A stretch of 64,000 nucleotides of DNA from Bacteroidales bacterium. Lineage in GTDB: Bacteria; Bacteroidota; Bacteroidia; Bacteroidales; F082. The first letter of the stretch is position 1, and each line of letters opens with the position of its first letter. The position numbers and the translations under genes are program-made. Of this stretch, positions 35,486-44,991 are shown piece by piece. The stretch lies in contig JAFGYB010000006.1 of the NCBI GenBank assembly GCA_016936355.1, positions 16,019-80,018 on the forward strand, in the 5' to 3' direction. The notes below the pieces were generated by a model. It was not told the origin of the DNA. It saw only the letters and a program-made list of their open reading frames with translations, and made no database searches.

Positions 35486-36250
35486 ATGAGTTCAAAACCA
35501 TTAATCCTGGTTACCAACGATGACAGCATTCACGCCAAAGGCCTGCATAAGCTGGTGCAGATTCTGCGCCCTTTGGGCGAAGTGGTGGTGATTGCTTCGG
35601 AACAGATGATGTCGGGCATGAGCCACGCCGTAACCATCAAAACCCCCCTGATGCCCCGGCTGGTGAAACAGGAAGAAGGCTATACCGAATACATCACCAA
35701 CGGCACACCGGTTGACAATGTGAAGATCGGGCGACACCGGTTGCTCGACCGCAAACCCGACCTGATTGTGTCGGGAATCAACCACGGTTCCAATGCCGCC
35801 ATCAATATTGTGTATTCGGGCACCATGGCAGCCGCAATGGAAGGCGCCATCGAAGGCATTCCGGCCATCGGTTTCTCACTGGATGACTTTGACCTGGAAG
35901 CCGACTTCAGCCACGTGGCACCTTATGTGGAACTTATTACCCGCAAAGTGCTGGACGAAGGTCTGCCCGAAGGCATTTGCCTGAATGTAAACATTCCCAA
36001 AAAATCGGATCAGCCCATCAAAGGCATCAAAACCGTGCGGCAGGCTAAAGCCCGCTGGGTGGAAGAATTTGAACAACGCACCGACCCTTACGGAAGACAG
36101 TATTACTGGATGGGCGGCGTGTTTGAAAACGGCGATCCGCGTCCCGATACAGACGAAAAAGCCATGGCAGAAAATTACGTGGCCGTTGTTCCGGTCAAAG
36201 TAGATTTCACCGCCGATCAGTACCTCGACCAAATTAAATTCCCGTCATGA
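35486..36250 (+). CDS. surE: 5'/3'-nucleotidase SurE
   Basis: It has the ILVTNDDSIHAKGL, SGINHGSNAA and YSGTMAAAMEG motifs. Confidence 0.9.
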   Translation: MSSKPLILVTNDDSIHAKGLHKLVQILRPLGEVVVIASEQMMSGMSHAVTIKTPLMPRLVKQEEGYTEYITNGTPVDNVKIGRHRLLDRKPDLIVSGINHGSNAAINIVYSGTMAAAMEGAIEGIPAIGFSLDDFDLEADFSHVAPYVELITRKVLDEGLPEGICLNVNIPKKSDQPIKGIKTVRQAKARWVEEFEQRTDPYGRQYYWMGGVFENGDPRPDTDEKAMAENYVAVVPVKVDFTADQYLDQIKFPS

Positions 36251-36528
36251 AAAAAGACAATTTCCTTCTGGGTTTACTCACCGGACTGGTACTCCCGTTT
36301 CCGGTCTACGGTATCCTGTGGCTGATCGATACAGGGCTGAAGAAAGCCGGTGTATGGAACGGACTGCAACCCCACGAAAATCTGTACCTGCTGAGCATTG
36401 CCCTTAACTTTCTGCTGATACGCTTCTTTATGGTCAAATGGCAGATGCAGAAAACCGGGCGGGGAATGCTGCTCATCAGCATCCTGATGGTGGTGGCTTT
36501 TTTCCTGCTTTTCTTCAAACAATATTAG
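36247..36528 (+). CDS. Small membrane protein (93 aa, 3 TM) between surE and lpxB
   Basis: Its start overlaps the surE stop (ATGA), and it ends 1 nt before the lpxB ATG. It has three hydrophobic helices. Confidence 0.55.
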   Translation: MKKDNFLLGLLTGLVLPFPVYGILWLIDTGLKKAGVWNGLQPHENLYLLSIALNFLLIRFFMVKWQMQKTGRGMLLISILMVVAFFLLFFKQY

Positions 36529-36529
36529 C

Positions 36530-37639
36530 ATGAAGTACTACCTCATCGCCGGTGAAGCATCGGGCGACCTGCACGGAGCCAATCTGATGAAAGCCATTCG
36601 GGAGAACGATCCGAAGGCTGAGTTCCGGTTTTGGGGTGGAGACAAAATGGAGGCCGTGGGCGGAACGCTGGTGAAACACTACCGCGAGCTGGCATTTATG
36701 GGCATCCAGGAAGTAGTGATGAATCTGGGCACCATCCTGAAAAACATGACCTTCTGCAAAAAAGAATTGCTGGAGTACAACGCCGATGTGGTGGTGTTTA
36801 TAGATTACCCCGGGTTTAACCTGCGTATGGCGAAATTTGCCAAAAAAAACGGGATGAAAACTGTTTTTTACATCTCTCCCACCGTGTGGGCCTGGAAGAA
36901 ATCACGGGTGTTCACCATCAAAAAATACGTGGATCGCATGCTGGTGATCCTGCCTTTTGAACAGGAGTTTTATCAGCAGTATGATTACAAAGTCTATTTT
37001 GTGGGCCATCCCCTGCTGGACGAACTGAAAGAAGAACAACATCTGTCGAGAGCCGGTTTTCTGGAAAAGAATAAGCTCCCCGACAAACCGGTCATCGCCC
37101 TGTTGCCCGGAAGCCGGATGCAGGAGATTACCAACATCCTGTCCTATATGGTGAAGCTTAGCGCTGACTTTCCCGATTATCAGTTTGTCATCGGCGGAGT
37201 AAATTCGGTCCCCAAAGAAACCTACAACGTGGCCCAAAACCTGAAGGTAGTGTTCGGACAAACCCACGATCTGCTGCGATCGGCTGAAGCCGCCCTGGTC
37301 ACTTCCGGAACAGCCACGCTGGAAACGGCTTTGCTGGGAACCCCCCAGGTAGTCTGTTACAAAACCAGTGCCCTGACCTATGCCGTGGGACGGATGCTGG
37401 TGAACGTATCCTTCATCTCGCTGGTGAACCTCATCATGAAGAAAGAAGTGGTGAGAGAACTGCTGCAGCAGGAGTTCACCCTGAAAAACCTGAAGTCCGA
37501 ATTAACAAAAATTCTTTCGCCTGAAGGCAGGGAAACCATGAAATCGGAGTATCAGAAACTCCGCAGCCTGCTGGGCGAAAGCGGGGCTTCGAAGAAGGCT
37601 GCCGGAGTTATTCAGGACTTTCTTTCCGACACAAAATAA
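36530..37639 (+). CDS. lpxB: Lipid-A-disaccharide synthase
   Basis: It has the N-terminal YYLIAGEASGDLHGANLM motif, plus LPGSR and SGTATLE motifs. Confidence 0.9.
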   Translation: MKYYLIAGEASGDLHGANLMKAIRENDPKAEFRFWGGDKMEAVGGTLVKHYRELAFMGIQEVVMNLGTILKNMTFCKKELLEYNADVVVFIDYPGFNLRMAKFAKKNGMKTVFYISPTVWAWKKSRVFTIKKYVDRMLVILPFEQEFYQQYDYKVYFVGHPLLDELKEEQHLSRAGFLEKNKLPDKPVIALLPGSRMQEITNILSYMVKLSADFPDYQFVIGGVNSVPKETYNVAQNLKVVFGQTHDLLRSAEAALVTSGTATLETALLGTPQVVCYKTSALTYAVGRMLVNVSFISLVNLIMKKEVVRELLQQEFTLKNLKSELTKILSPEGRETMKSEYQKLRSLLGESGASKKAAGVIQDFLSDTK

Positions 37640-37690
37640 TTCCGCCTTTCATCAATTTTTTGTATCTTGACAGGACCAACAGCAACGGTC

Positions 37691-39808
37691 ATGTGGAGAA
37701 CCCGTCCTTTTGTGCGTATTCTGTTCTTTTTCCTTGCCGGAATCTTTGCAGCTGTGTACATTCCCTGGCTGCATCAGTTTCCAACCTCTCTTTTCCTGAT
37801 ACTAAGCGTTGTTTGGATGCTGTTTCTGTTGGGAACCGTTCGGTTTCTCAGAACCTATTCCCTGCGCTGGCTTCCCGGACTAACGACTGCTCTGGCTTTT
37901 GTTTTGGCAGGCATCGGCATGACGTTCCTGCATCTGGAGAAACAAAACAGTTCGCTGCCGAATGAGGGCAACATCGTCCTTACCGGAGAAATTATCAGCG
38001 AACCGCAACCCACCCAAAAATCCGTCAAATTCATCCTGAAGCCCGGCTATGATTCACTGAAACGGGTGTACCGTTCGGGGAATGTCCTGGTTTTTACAAA
38101 AAATGAACCGAAAGCCCGGCAGTTGCGTATGGGTGATTTCATTACCGCACGGGGCAATCTGACCGTACCTCAGGCGCCGCGTAACCCCGAAGAATTTGAT
38201 TATGCTTTTTACCTGAAAACCCAGCGCATCACCCGGGTGCTTTTTGTCCGGGAGCACGAGTGGAAACCAATCAAGACGGTGAAAAGTCCTACCCTCAAAG
38301 CAACCTTTTCCCGCTGGAGAAACTATTTACTCACCACGCTGCAGCAAAACGGATTGTCGGGGGAGGAATACAAGGTGGCAGCGGCCATCCTGCTGGGAAA
38401 CGATCAGTTGATTGATCCCGACACCAAACAGAATTATGCGACAGCCGGTGCCGTGCACATTCTTTGTGTTTCGGGCATGCATGTGGGCATCATTTTTCTG
38501 GTGCTGAACTTTCTGCTGGGTTTCCTGAACAGGCTGAAAAGAGGCGCGCTGGTAAAGAATCTGATTTTGTTCCTGCTTCTGTGGTCCTATGCCTGGCTTA
38601 CCGGGTTGGCGCCGTCTGTGCTTCGGGCCACGGTGATGATCAGCTTTTTCATTCTGGCTAACGCACTGAAGCGCAATTACGACAGCTACAACCTGCTTGC
38701 TGCCTCCGCGTTTGTATTGTTGCTGTTCAATCCCTTCCTGATTTTTCATGTAGGATTTCAGCTGAGCTACAGTGCCGTGCTGGGGATCCTTACCTTTTAC
38801 AATCCGTTGTATCGAAGCCTCTACATTAAAAACAAACTGATCTCCGTCTTTTGGGCGGCACTCATGGTATCGCTGTCGGCTCAGCTGGGAGCCTTTCCGG
38901 TGGCCACCCACTATTTTCATGTGTTCCCGGTTTATTTCCTGCTCACCAACCTGATTATTTTCCTTTTGTCGTATCTGATCCTGAATCTGGGCTTTGGTTT
39001 GCTGCTGCTATCCTGGCTTCCGCTCGTACCGAAAGTGCTGGGGATCGCTCTTTCCTGGACAATCAAAATACTGAACCTTTGGGTGCATTTTGTGGCACAC
39101 CTACCCTTTTCCCAGCTCATTGACCTGTATTTTCCGTGGCCGAAAGTGATACTGATTTACCTGCTGATCTTGTTTGTCTTCCAGTTACTTTTTAAAAGGA
39201 AAGGAAACCTGTTGCTGCCGGCACTCGCCGTGGCTCTCGTGCTCCTCACACTGCAAACCTTCCGCAACCTGCAGATACGATCTCAAAAGCACCTGATCGT
39301 TTATGCTGTGAACCGGCACCCGGTAATTGGCCTGATTGAAGGGGATACCCAACTCCTGATCACCGATTCGCTGGCAGCCGCTCAACCGGATATACTTGAC
39401 TATAACCTGGACAATTACCGCATCAGCCGGGGCTTGCACAACGAAACACAAAACTTATCAGGGGACGAATCAGGGGCCAAAACATATTATCATGATGGTT
39501 TTCTGCAGTTCAACGGGCAACACTATTATATTTTATCCGGCACCAAAAATTACCCGGAACTAAAGTCCAAAATTCACCTTACAGCACTCCTCTACACTGG
39601 CAGGAAATACATTTCGCTTCAAAACCTGAGCGCATCGTTTGCTTTCAACACACTTATTGTGGATTCATCAGTCCCTGACTGGTTACGAACAAAGATTGCC
39701 CGTGAAGCTAAAAACTTAAGAATTAAAGCCATAGAAACTGCAAAATCAGGGGCACTGCGCATCAGTAAAAAGAATCCTATTTTTTTCACAAATAGTTTGC
39801 AGAATTAA
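37691..39808 (+). CDS. comEC: ComEC/Rec2 family competence protein (no C-terminal metallo-beta-lactamase motif seen)
   Basis: It is polytopic, with a central competence-domain pattern (GAVHILCVSGMHVGI, LTGLAPSVLRATVM, FQLSYSAVLGI). I chose the start at the ATG (MWRTRPF). Confidence 0.75.
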   Translation: MWRTRPFVRILFFFLAGIFAAVYIPWLHQFPTSLFLILSVVWMLFLLGTVRFLRTYSLRWLPGLTTALAFVLAGIGMTFLHLEKQNSSLPNEGNIVLTGEIISEPQPTQKSVKFILKPGYDSLKRVYRSGNVLVFTKNEPKARQLRMGDFITARGNLTVPQAPRNPEEFDYAFYLKTQRITRVLFVREHEWKPIKTVKSPTLKATFSRWRNYLLTTLQQNGLSGEEYKVAAAILLGNDQLIDPDTKQNYATAGAVHILCVSGMHVGIIFLVLNFLLGFLNRLKRGALVKNLILFLLLWSYAWLTGLAPSVLRATVMISFFILANALKRNYDSYNLLAASAFVLLLFNPFLIFHVGFQLSYSAVLGILTFYNPLYRSLYIKNKLISVFWAALMVSLSAQLGAFPVATHYFHVFPVYFLLTNLIIFLLSYLILNLGFGLLLLSWLPLVPKVLGIALSWTIKILNLWVHFVAHLPFSQLIDLYFPWPKVILIYLLILFVFQLLFKRKGNLLLPALAVALVLLTLQTFRNLQIRSQKHLIVYAVNRHPVIGLIEGDTQLLITDSLAAAQPDILDYNLDNYRISRGLHNETQNLSGDESGAKTYYHDGFLQFNGQHYYILSGTKNYPELKSKIHLTALLYTGRKYISLQNLSASFAFNTLIVDSSVPDWLRTKIAREAKNLRIKAIETAKSGALRISKKNPIFFTNSLQN

Positions 39809-39860
39809 AAAAACCCCTTATTTTTGCAGTCCGAATTTCGAACAGAGTTCATCACATACT

Positions 39861-39934
39861 GGTCCGGTAGTTCAGTTGGTTAGAATACATGCCTGTCACG
39901 CATGGGGTCGCGGGTTCGAGTCCCGTCCGGACCG
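39861..39934 (+). tRNA. tRNA-Asp (anticodon GTC)
   Basis: I folded the cloverleaf by hand. The acceptor is GGTCCGG/CCGGACC, the anticodon stem is CATGC/GCATG with loop CTGTCAC, and the T-arm is GCGGG-TTCGAGT-CCCGT. The discriminator is G and no CCA is encoded. Confidence 0.9.
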
Positions 39935-39941
39935 CTTAAAA

Positions 39942-39967
39942 GGGAAGCATCATGCTTCCCTTTTTTT
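39942..39967 (+). terminator. Rho-independent terminator after tRNA-Asp
   Basis: The sequence is gggaagca-tca-tgcttccc followed by ttttttt. Confidence 0.8.
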
Positions 39968-40106
39968 GTTTGTGTAGAGCAGTGTTTTGATTCCCTCCCT
40001 TAAAGAAATCCCCCAAAAGTCTTCATTTTCTGTTATCTATCAAACATTTAATTTGTTTCTTATCAGAAAATTACTATCTTGGACAATCCAATTCTAACCT
40101 GCACAG

Positions 40107-42143
40107 ATGAAACAAACCTTACAAATTCACAAAACCATTTTTGTGGTTTTCTGTTCAGTCCTCTTTATCACCACGTTTTCCACGACACTCAGAGCTCAGG
40201 GATCCGATACTTTGAAGCCCAAAGATATTTTAAAAATGTCGTTTACTGATCTGATGAACCAACAGGTCATTACGGCCTCCAAAACAGAACAACAAATCAA
40301 AAATGTAGCAGCTACAGTTCAGGTTATTACGGCTGAAGAAATCAAGATCCGTGGTTATTTCACACTGGAAGATGCGCTGTCTGATTTACCGGGCATCCAG
40401 TTTCGAAACATTAACGGCTTCAACAGTTATGTATTTATGCGGGGCGCCACAAGTCAGAACAACCTGATCCTATTGCTGGTTGACGGCATTCAGATTAACG
40501 AACTGAATTCAGGCGGATTCTATGGCGGCGGACAGTTCAACCTGGCAGATGTTGCACGCATCGAAGTGGTGTATGGCCCGGCATCAGCCTTGTACGGAAC
40601 CAACGCCGTTTCGGGGATTATTAATATCATCACCAAAAAACCCAAGGGAAAGCATGACGGTCACGTGAGCCTGCTTGGCGGTACTTTCAACACCGGAGAC
40701 GGTAATTTCAGCCTGAGGAATTACAATGCAAAAAAGAAAACCGGATATTATGTTTCAGGAATGTACAAAACCTCCAACAAAGCGGATCTGAGAGGAGCAC
40801 AAGGGGACGATAACTGGACCGAACAAATGGAAAACTTTGAACATGACCTCTCCTTTTCTGCCAAAGTAGTTGTCAACAAACTGGAGATCGGAGCCGTATA
40901 TCAGGAGAAAAAATCGTCGAATACAACCTATTATAAATCCATCGGTGAACAATACCTTGACAGGAACTCGTTGTGGGACATTGCTTTTTTAAATACCTAC
41001 TTAAAATACCACACTTCCCTGGGTAAAAAATGGGAATTACATTCAACGCTGTACAACCGGAACGCCACAGTAAAACCCAACACCATTGACCATGTAAGCA
41101 AAGCCACCGATTCAACCGCCGGGGATCAGGTGGGCTTCTACCGCCCCAATCACCTGATCGGACTCGAAAACCAGATCAATTTCAAGGCTTCGAAAAGCCT
41201 CATGGTGGTTCTGGGAATCACAGGTGAAATAGAACAACTTTCCGAGGGGTTCTCGGTTACCCATAGTTATTCTGAATTGATCGCCCCTCCTCCACCGCCT
41301 AAACCCGACATGCTCCACAACCAGCTGCTTAGTTACTACGTACAGGCTGATTTTAACATCACAAAGGAGCTTTCGTTTATCGGTGGATTACGGCACGATT
41401 TTTCAAGCTATTACGGCAACGTTATCACACCCCGAACAGGCCTCCTGTTCAACAAAAATCAGTTTACCACCAAGTTGCTGTACAATACAGCGTTTAGGGC
41501 TCCCAAACCCTGGGACTACCACTACGGCATCGGTAATTCCATGTTACGGCCCGAAAAAATGAGATCTTTTGAGTTTGTCTTTTCCTATACGCTGAACAAC
41601 AAATTTTCGATGGGCACCTCTGTATACAACAACCTGATCCGGAACAAACTGACGCTGCAATCCAACGGCTCAAATTTCCAGTGGGTTAACAAAGACAGAC
41701 TGAATACTTTTGGAATAGAGATTTACGGAAAGTTCCTGTTGCAGAGAGTTCTGTTTTATGCCAATTATACCTACACCAACTCCTACGATCAGGATGGCAT
41801 TTCTATTCCTGAGATATCGGCGCAAACGGCCAATGCCGGAGCAACGTATTCATACAATACACATTTCAAAATCAACCTCCGCTCGCACTACATTGGCACA
41901 CGAACCAACCCATACGTCATCCCCAACACGGGGAACAACATCATAGGAGACGTACTCCTGTTCAGTGGAAGTATTTCCTATTTTGATTGGAATGGATTTG
42001 ATATCCAACTTAAAATCAATAATATTTTCAACACCAAATATTTTGATCCCTCGAACCTCATAATAGGAAGATACCGGCAACCTCAGCGCACGGTCACACT
42101 CAAAGTCACTTATAATTTTCACCACTTATTCTCAAAATCCTAA
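40107..42143 (+). CDS. TonB-dependent receptor (plug plus 22-strand barrel type; no STN signalling extension and no SusD partner)
   Basis: It has a signal peptide and plug motifs (VITASKTEQQIKNVAATVQVITAEEI, FMRGATSQNNLILLLVDGIQIN, IEVVYGPASALYGTNAVSGIINIITK). The C-terminal barrel has aromatic-rich strands (TVTLKVTYNF). Confidence 0.85.
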   Translation: MKQTLQIHKTIFVVFCSVLFITTFSTTLRAQGSDTLKPKDILKMSFTDLMNQQVITASKTEQQIKNVAATVQVITAEEIKIRGYFTLEDALSDLPGIQFRNINGFNSYVFMRGATSQNNLILLLVDGIQINELNSGGFYGGGQFNLADVARIEVVYGPASALYGTNAVSGIINIITKKPKGKHDGHVSLLGGTFNTGDGNFSLRNYNAKKKTGYYVSGMYKTSNKADLRGAQGDDNWTEQMENFEHDLSFSAKVVVNKLEIGAVYQEKKSSNTTYYKSIGEQYLDRNSLWDIAFLNTYLKYHTSLGKKWELHSTLYNRNATVKPNTIDHVSKATDSTAGDQVGFYRPNHLIGLENQINFKASKSLMVVLGITGEIEQLSEGFSVTHSYSELIAPPPPPKPDMLHNQLLSYYVQADFNITKELSFIGGLRHDFSSYYGNVITPRTGLLFNKNQFTTKLLYNTAFRAPKPWDYHYGIGNSMLRPEKMRSFEFVFSYTLNNKFSMGTSVYNNLIRNKLTLQSNGSNFQWVNKDRLNTFGIEIYGKFLLQRVLFYANYTYTNSYDQDGISIPEISAQTANAGATYSYNTHFKINLRSHYIGTRTNPYVIPNTGNNIIGDVLLFSGSISYFDWNGFDIQLKINNIFNTKYFDPSNLIIGRYRQPQRTVTLKVTYNFHHLFSKS

Positions 42144-42186
42144 CCGATGGGAAATGAAAAAATCAGTTTGAAATTCCGTTAAGAAG

Positions 42187-42747
42187 ATGGCAAAAAGCAT
42201 TCCAAATAGCTCAATAAAATTGTGGATCCTGATCGTTCTGTCAGTAGGAATCTTTTGGTCGAACAGGTTACCGGCTCAAAACAGGGAATCACTTCTGAAA
42301 GCCGGCTACATTGAAAAATTCACCCATTTTGTTGAATGGCCCGAGTTGCAACAAAAGAACGATTCGGTATTCAAAATCGTGGTTATGGGTGAAAACGGAC
42401 TGGGACAGGCTGTTAAGAAATTATTCAAAGGGATCAAAGTTAAGAACCGGAAAGTAGAAATTCAGTTTATCCATTCCGCAGATGAAATCAACCATGCTAT
42501 GATGCTGATAATTACGGGTGAACTTTCCAGAAATCAGCTGCAGGATGTCCTGACCTATACCAGGGGCAGGCAAATTCTTACCATCAGTGAAAGCAAAGGA
42601 TACGCCAAAAAAGGGATTATCATCAACATGTTTAAGGAAAACAACTACATCCGCTACGAGATCAACACCAGTACACTGGCCCAATCGGGTCTTAAAATAA
42701 ACAGTTTGCTTTTAAATTATGCAGTAATTGTTAAAACAGATGATTAG
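42187..42747 (+). CDS. YfiR-like periplasmic protein (DUF4154)
   Basis: It has a signal peptide and the hallmark LKAGYIEKFTHFVEWP motif. The ~186-aa length fits YfiR/DUF4154 proteins. Confidence 0.7.
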   Translation: MAKSIPNSSIKLWILIVLSVGIFWSNRLPAQNRESLLKAGYIEKFTHFVEWPELQQKNDSVFKIVVMGENGLGQAVKKLFKGIKVKNRKVEIQFIHSADEINHAMMLIITGELSRNQLQDVLTYTRGRQILTISESKGYAKKGIIINMFKENNYIRYEINTSTLAQSGLKINSLLLNYAVIVKTDD

Positions 42748-44599
42748 TTCAAAAATCTTACGGGATCTTTCCATTAAGAATAAAACCATCGCCATTGTAT
42801 TATTCGTGGTACTGATGGTGATATCCATCGGTTTTATCTATATGGGCATTCAGCACATATCCAAACTGAAATCCGATATTCAGTCCAGTTTGATACTGAA
42901 CGCCAAATTAATTGGAGACTACTGTGTGGTACCGCTGACCTTTGAAGATCATGAGCAGGCTACGGAGGTTTTATCGCGGTTGAAATTACTGAAATCCGTG
43001 GAAGAAGGGTTGCTTTATGATAAAAGCGGAACTGTTTTTGCCAGCTATCCCGATACACTCAGGGACCAGGTTATTCAGACTAAAAAGGAAGTCCATCTGG
43101 AAGATGGAAACTTTTATATACGAGAACCGGTCATTTTCCAGGGGGACACCTTGGGGCATTTAATTATCAAGGCCAACACACACGCGATCACCGACCGGAA
43201 GAAAGAGCTTTTATCCACAACTTCCGCCTTGCTTGTGTTGATGATTATTTTATCCTATTTCCTGGCCTCAGCAGCCCAAAAGTTAATCACCGATCCCATT
43301 CTGGAACTCTCCCGGTTAACTGCTACCATTTCCGAAAATCATGATTTTTCGGTCCGCCTCAAACCCCATGGTCAGGATGAAGTAGGGATGCTCTACCAAC
43401 AGTTTAACAATATGCTGGCCGAGCTTCAGAAATCACAGGCAGAACGGAACGAAGCCATCAAGGAAACCACATTCCTGGCCCATGTGTTCAGAAGCATCAA
43501 CGAAAATGTCACCATTACTGATTTAAACGACAAGATTATCTTTGTAAACCAATCGCTGCTGCACACCTATGGGTATACTGAAGAGGAGCTAATCGGTCAA
43601 CACATCAGCATATTGCGGGCAAAAGACAACCCTTCCAGCGTCATAGAGTCCATTTATCCCAATACCCTGAAAGGCGGATGGGAGGGAGAACTGATCAACA
43701 TTAGAAAAGACGGAAGTGCATTTCCCGTTTCGCTCAGAACCACCATCATATACGATACAGAAAAAAAACCGGTTGCTCTGGTGGGCGTCAGCAGTGACAT
43801 TACCAAACAAAAACACGAGCAAGAAGAACTCAGGCTTTACCGCAACCACCTGGAGGATCTGGTCAAACAACGAACACTGGAATTGGAAAGGGAGAAGGAA
43901 AAAGCCCAGTCGGCGGACCGACTGAAATCGTCCTTTCTGGCCACCATGTCGCATGAACTCCGGACACCGCTCAATTCCATTATCGGATTCTCGGGCATTT
44001 TGCTTCAGGGACGTCCGGGAGCGTTAAACGACGAGCAAAAGAAACAACTGGGAATGTTACAGAATAGTGCCCGGCATCTCCTCTCCCTGATCAACGATGT
44101 ATTGGACATCTCAAAAATTGAGGCGGGTCAGCTAAAGGTTAACATCAATCAATTTGACCTTCCTGAGGTGATCCATCATGTGGTGGAAATCAACCAACCA
44201 CTGGCTGATAAAAAAAATCTGGAGATCAAGGTTTCTTTGGACCCTCAGGTAGGAGAAATTGTAAGCGACAAACAACGGATTCAACAAGTATTGATCAACC
44301 TGGTCAACAATGCCATCAAATTCACCGATGAAGGTTCGGTAACCATCAATTGTTACAAAAGCGATGATCACATAAAAATCAAAATAATCGATACCGGAAT
44401 TGGAATTGAGCAGGATAAACTGTCTTTGCTTTTTAAACCATTTACCCAGGTTGATACGGGACTCTCCCGAAAACACGAAGGAACAGGTTTGGGATTGTCT
44501 ATCTGCAAAAAGTTGCTGGACATTCTCAACGGAAGAATTCATGTAGAATCAGAATATAACAATGGGAGTACATTTACTGTAATACTCCCTGTACAATAA
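42740..44599 (+). CDS. Sensor histidine kinase: 2-TM periplasmic sensor (CHASE8-like), HAMP, PAS, HisKA, HATPase
   Basis: The ATG at 42740 overlaps the yfiR-like stop by 8 nt. TM1 is IAIVLFVVLMVISIGFIYMGI and TM2 is ALLVLMIILSYFLASAA. It has the H-box SFLATMSHELRTPLNSI, the N-box NLVNNAIKFT, G1 DTGIGI and G2 GTGLGLSICK. Confidence 0.85.
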   Translation: MISSKILRDLSIKNKTIAIVLFVVLMVISIGFIYMGIQHISKLKSDIQSSLILNAKLIGDYCVVPLTFEDHEQATEVLSRLKLLKSVEEGLLYDKSGTVFASYPDTLRDQVIQTKKEVHLEDGNFYIREPVIFQGDTLGHLIIKANTHAITDRKKELLSTTSALLVLMIILSYFLASAAQKLITDPILELSRLTATISENHDFSVRLKPHGQDEVGMLYQQFNNMLAELQKSQAERNEAIKETTFLAHVFRSINENVTITDLNDKIIFVNQSLLHTYGYTEEELIGQHISILRAKDNPSSVIESIYPNTLKGGWEGELINIRKDGSAFPVSLRTTIIYDTEKKPVALVGVSSDITKQKHEQEELRLYRNHLEDLVKQRTLELEREKEKAQSADRLKSSFLATMSHELRTPLNSIIGFSGILLQGRPGALNDEQKKQLGMLQNSARHLLSLINDVLDISKIEAGQLKVNINQFDLPEVIHHVVEINQPLADKKNLEIKVSLDPQVGEIVSDKQRIQQVLINLVNNAIKFTDEGSVTINCYKSDDHIKIKIIDTGIGIEQDKLSLLFKPFTQVDTGLSRKHEGTGLGLSICKKLLDILNGRIHVESEYNNGSTFTVILPVQ

Positions 44600-44610
44600 A
44601 TTCACACCAT

Positions 44611-44973
44611 ATGAAGCAAAAAACACTCATTATTGAAGACAACCTGCAAAACATGTACATGCTGACTTATTTACTGGAAGGTAATAATTATGAGGTTTTT
44701 CAGGCATTTACCGGACAGGAAGGGATTGCCAAGGCAAAAGAACTCAACCCCGACATCATCTTGCTTGACATTCAGTTACCGGAAATGGACGGCTATTCTG
44801 TTGCCCGTGCACTACGAAAAATTAAAGAACTTAAGGAAACCCCGATCATTGCTGTTACTTCCTATGCCATGTCAGGTGACAGAGAAAAGGCTTACGCTTC
44901 AGGAGCTACCGGGTACATAGAAAAACCGATTGATCCCGACACATTTATCACACAATTACAAGCTTTTATTTAA
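44611..44973 (+). CDS. Stand-alone receiver (CheY-like) response regulator
   Basis: It has IIEDN, the phospho-acceptor context DIILLDIQLPEMDG, VTSYA and the EKPI Lys. There is no output domain. Confidence 0.85.
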   Translation: MKQKTLIIEDNLQNMYMLTYLLEGNNYEVFQAFTGQEGIAKAKELNPDIILLDIQLPEMDGYSVARALRKIKELKETPIIAVTSYAMSGDREKAYASGATGYIEKPIDPDTFITQLQAFI

Positions 44974-44991
44974 CCCTTCGGAGGACAAATC

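Noticed and set aside
39968-40106. A possible cobalamin or other riboswitch upstream of the TonB-dependent receptor.
   Set aside because: There is no B12-box-like GCCACTG core or other recognisable riboswitch consensus. The spacer is short (139 nt) and AT-rich.
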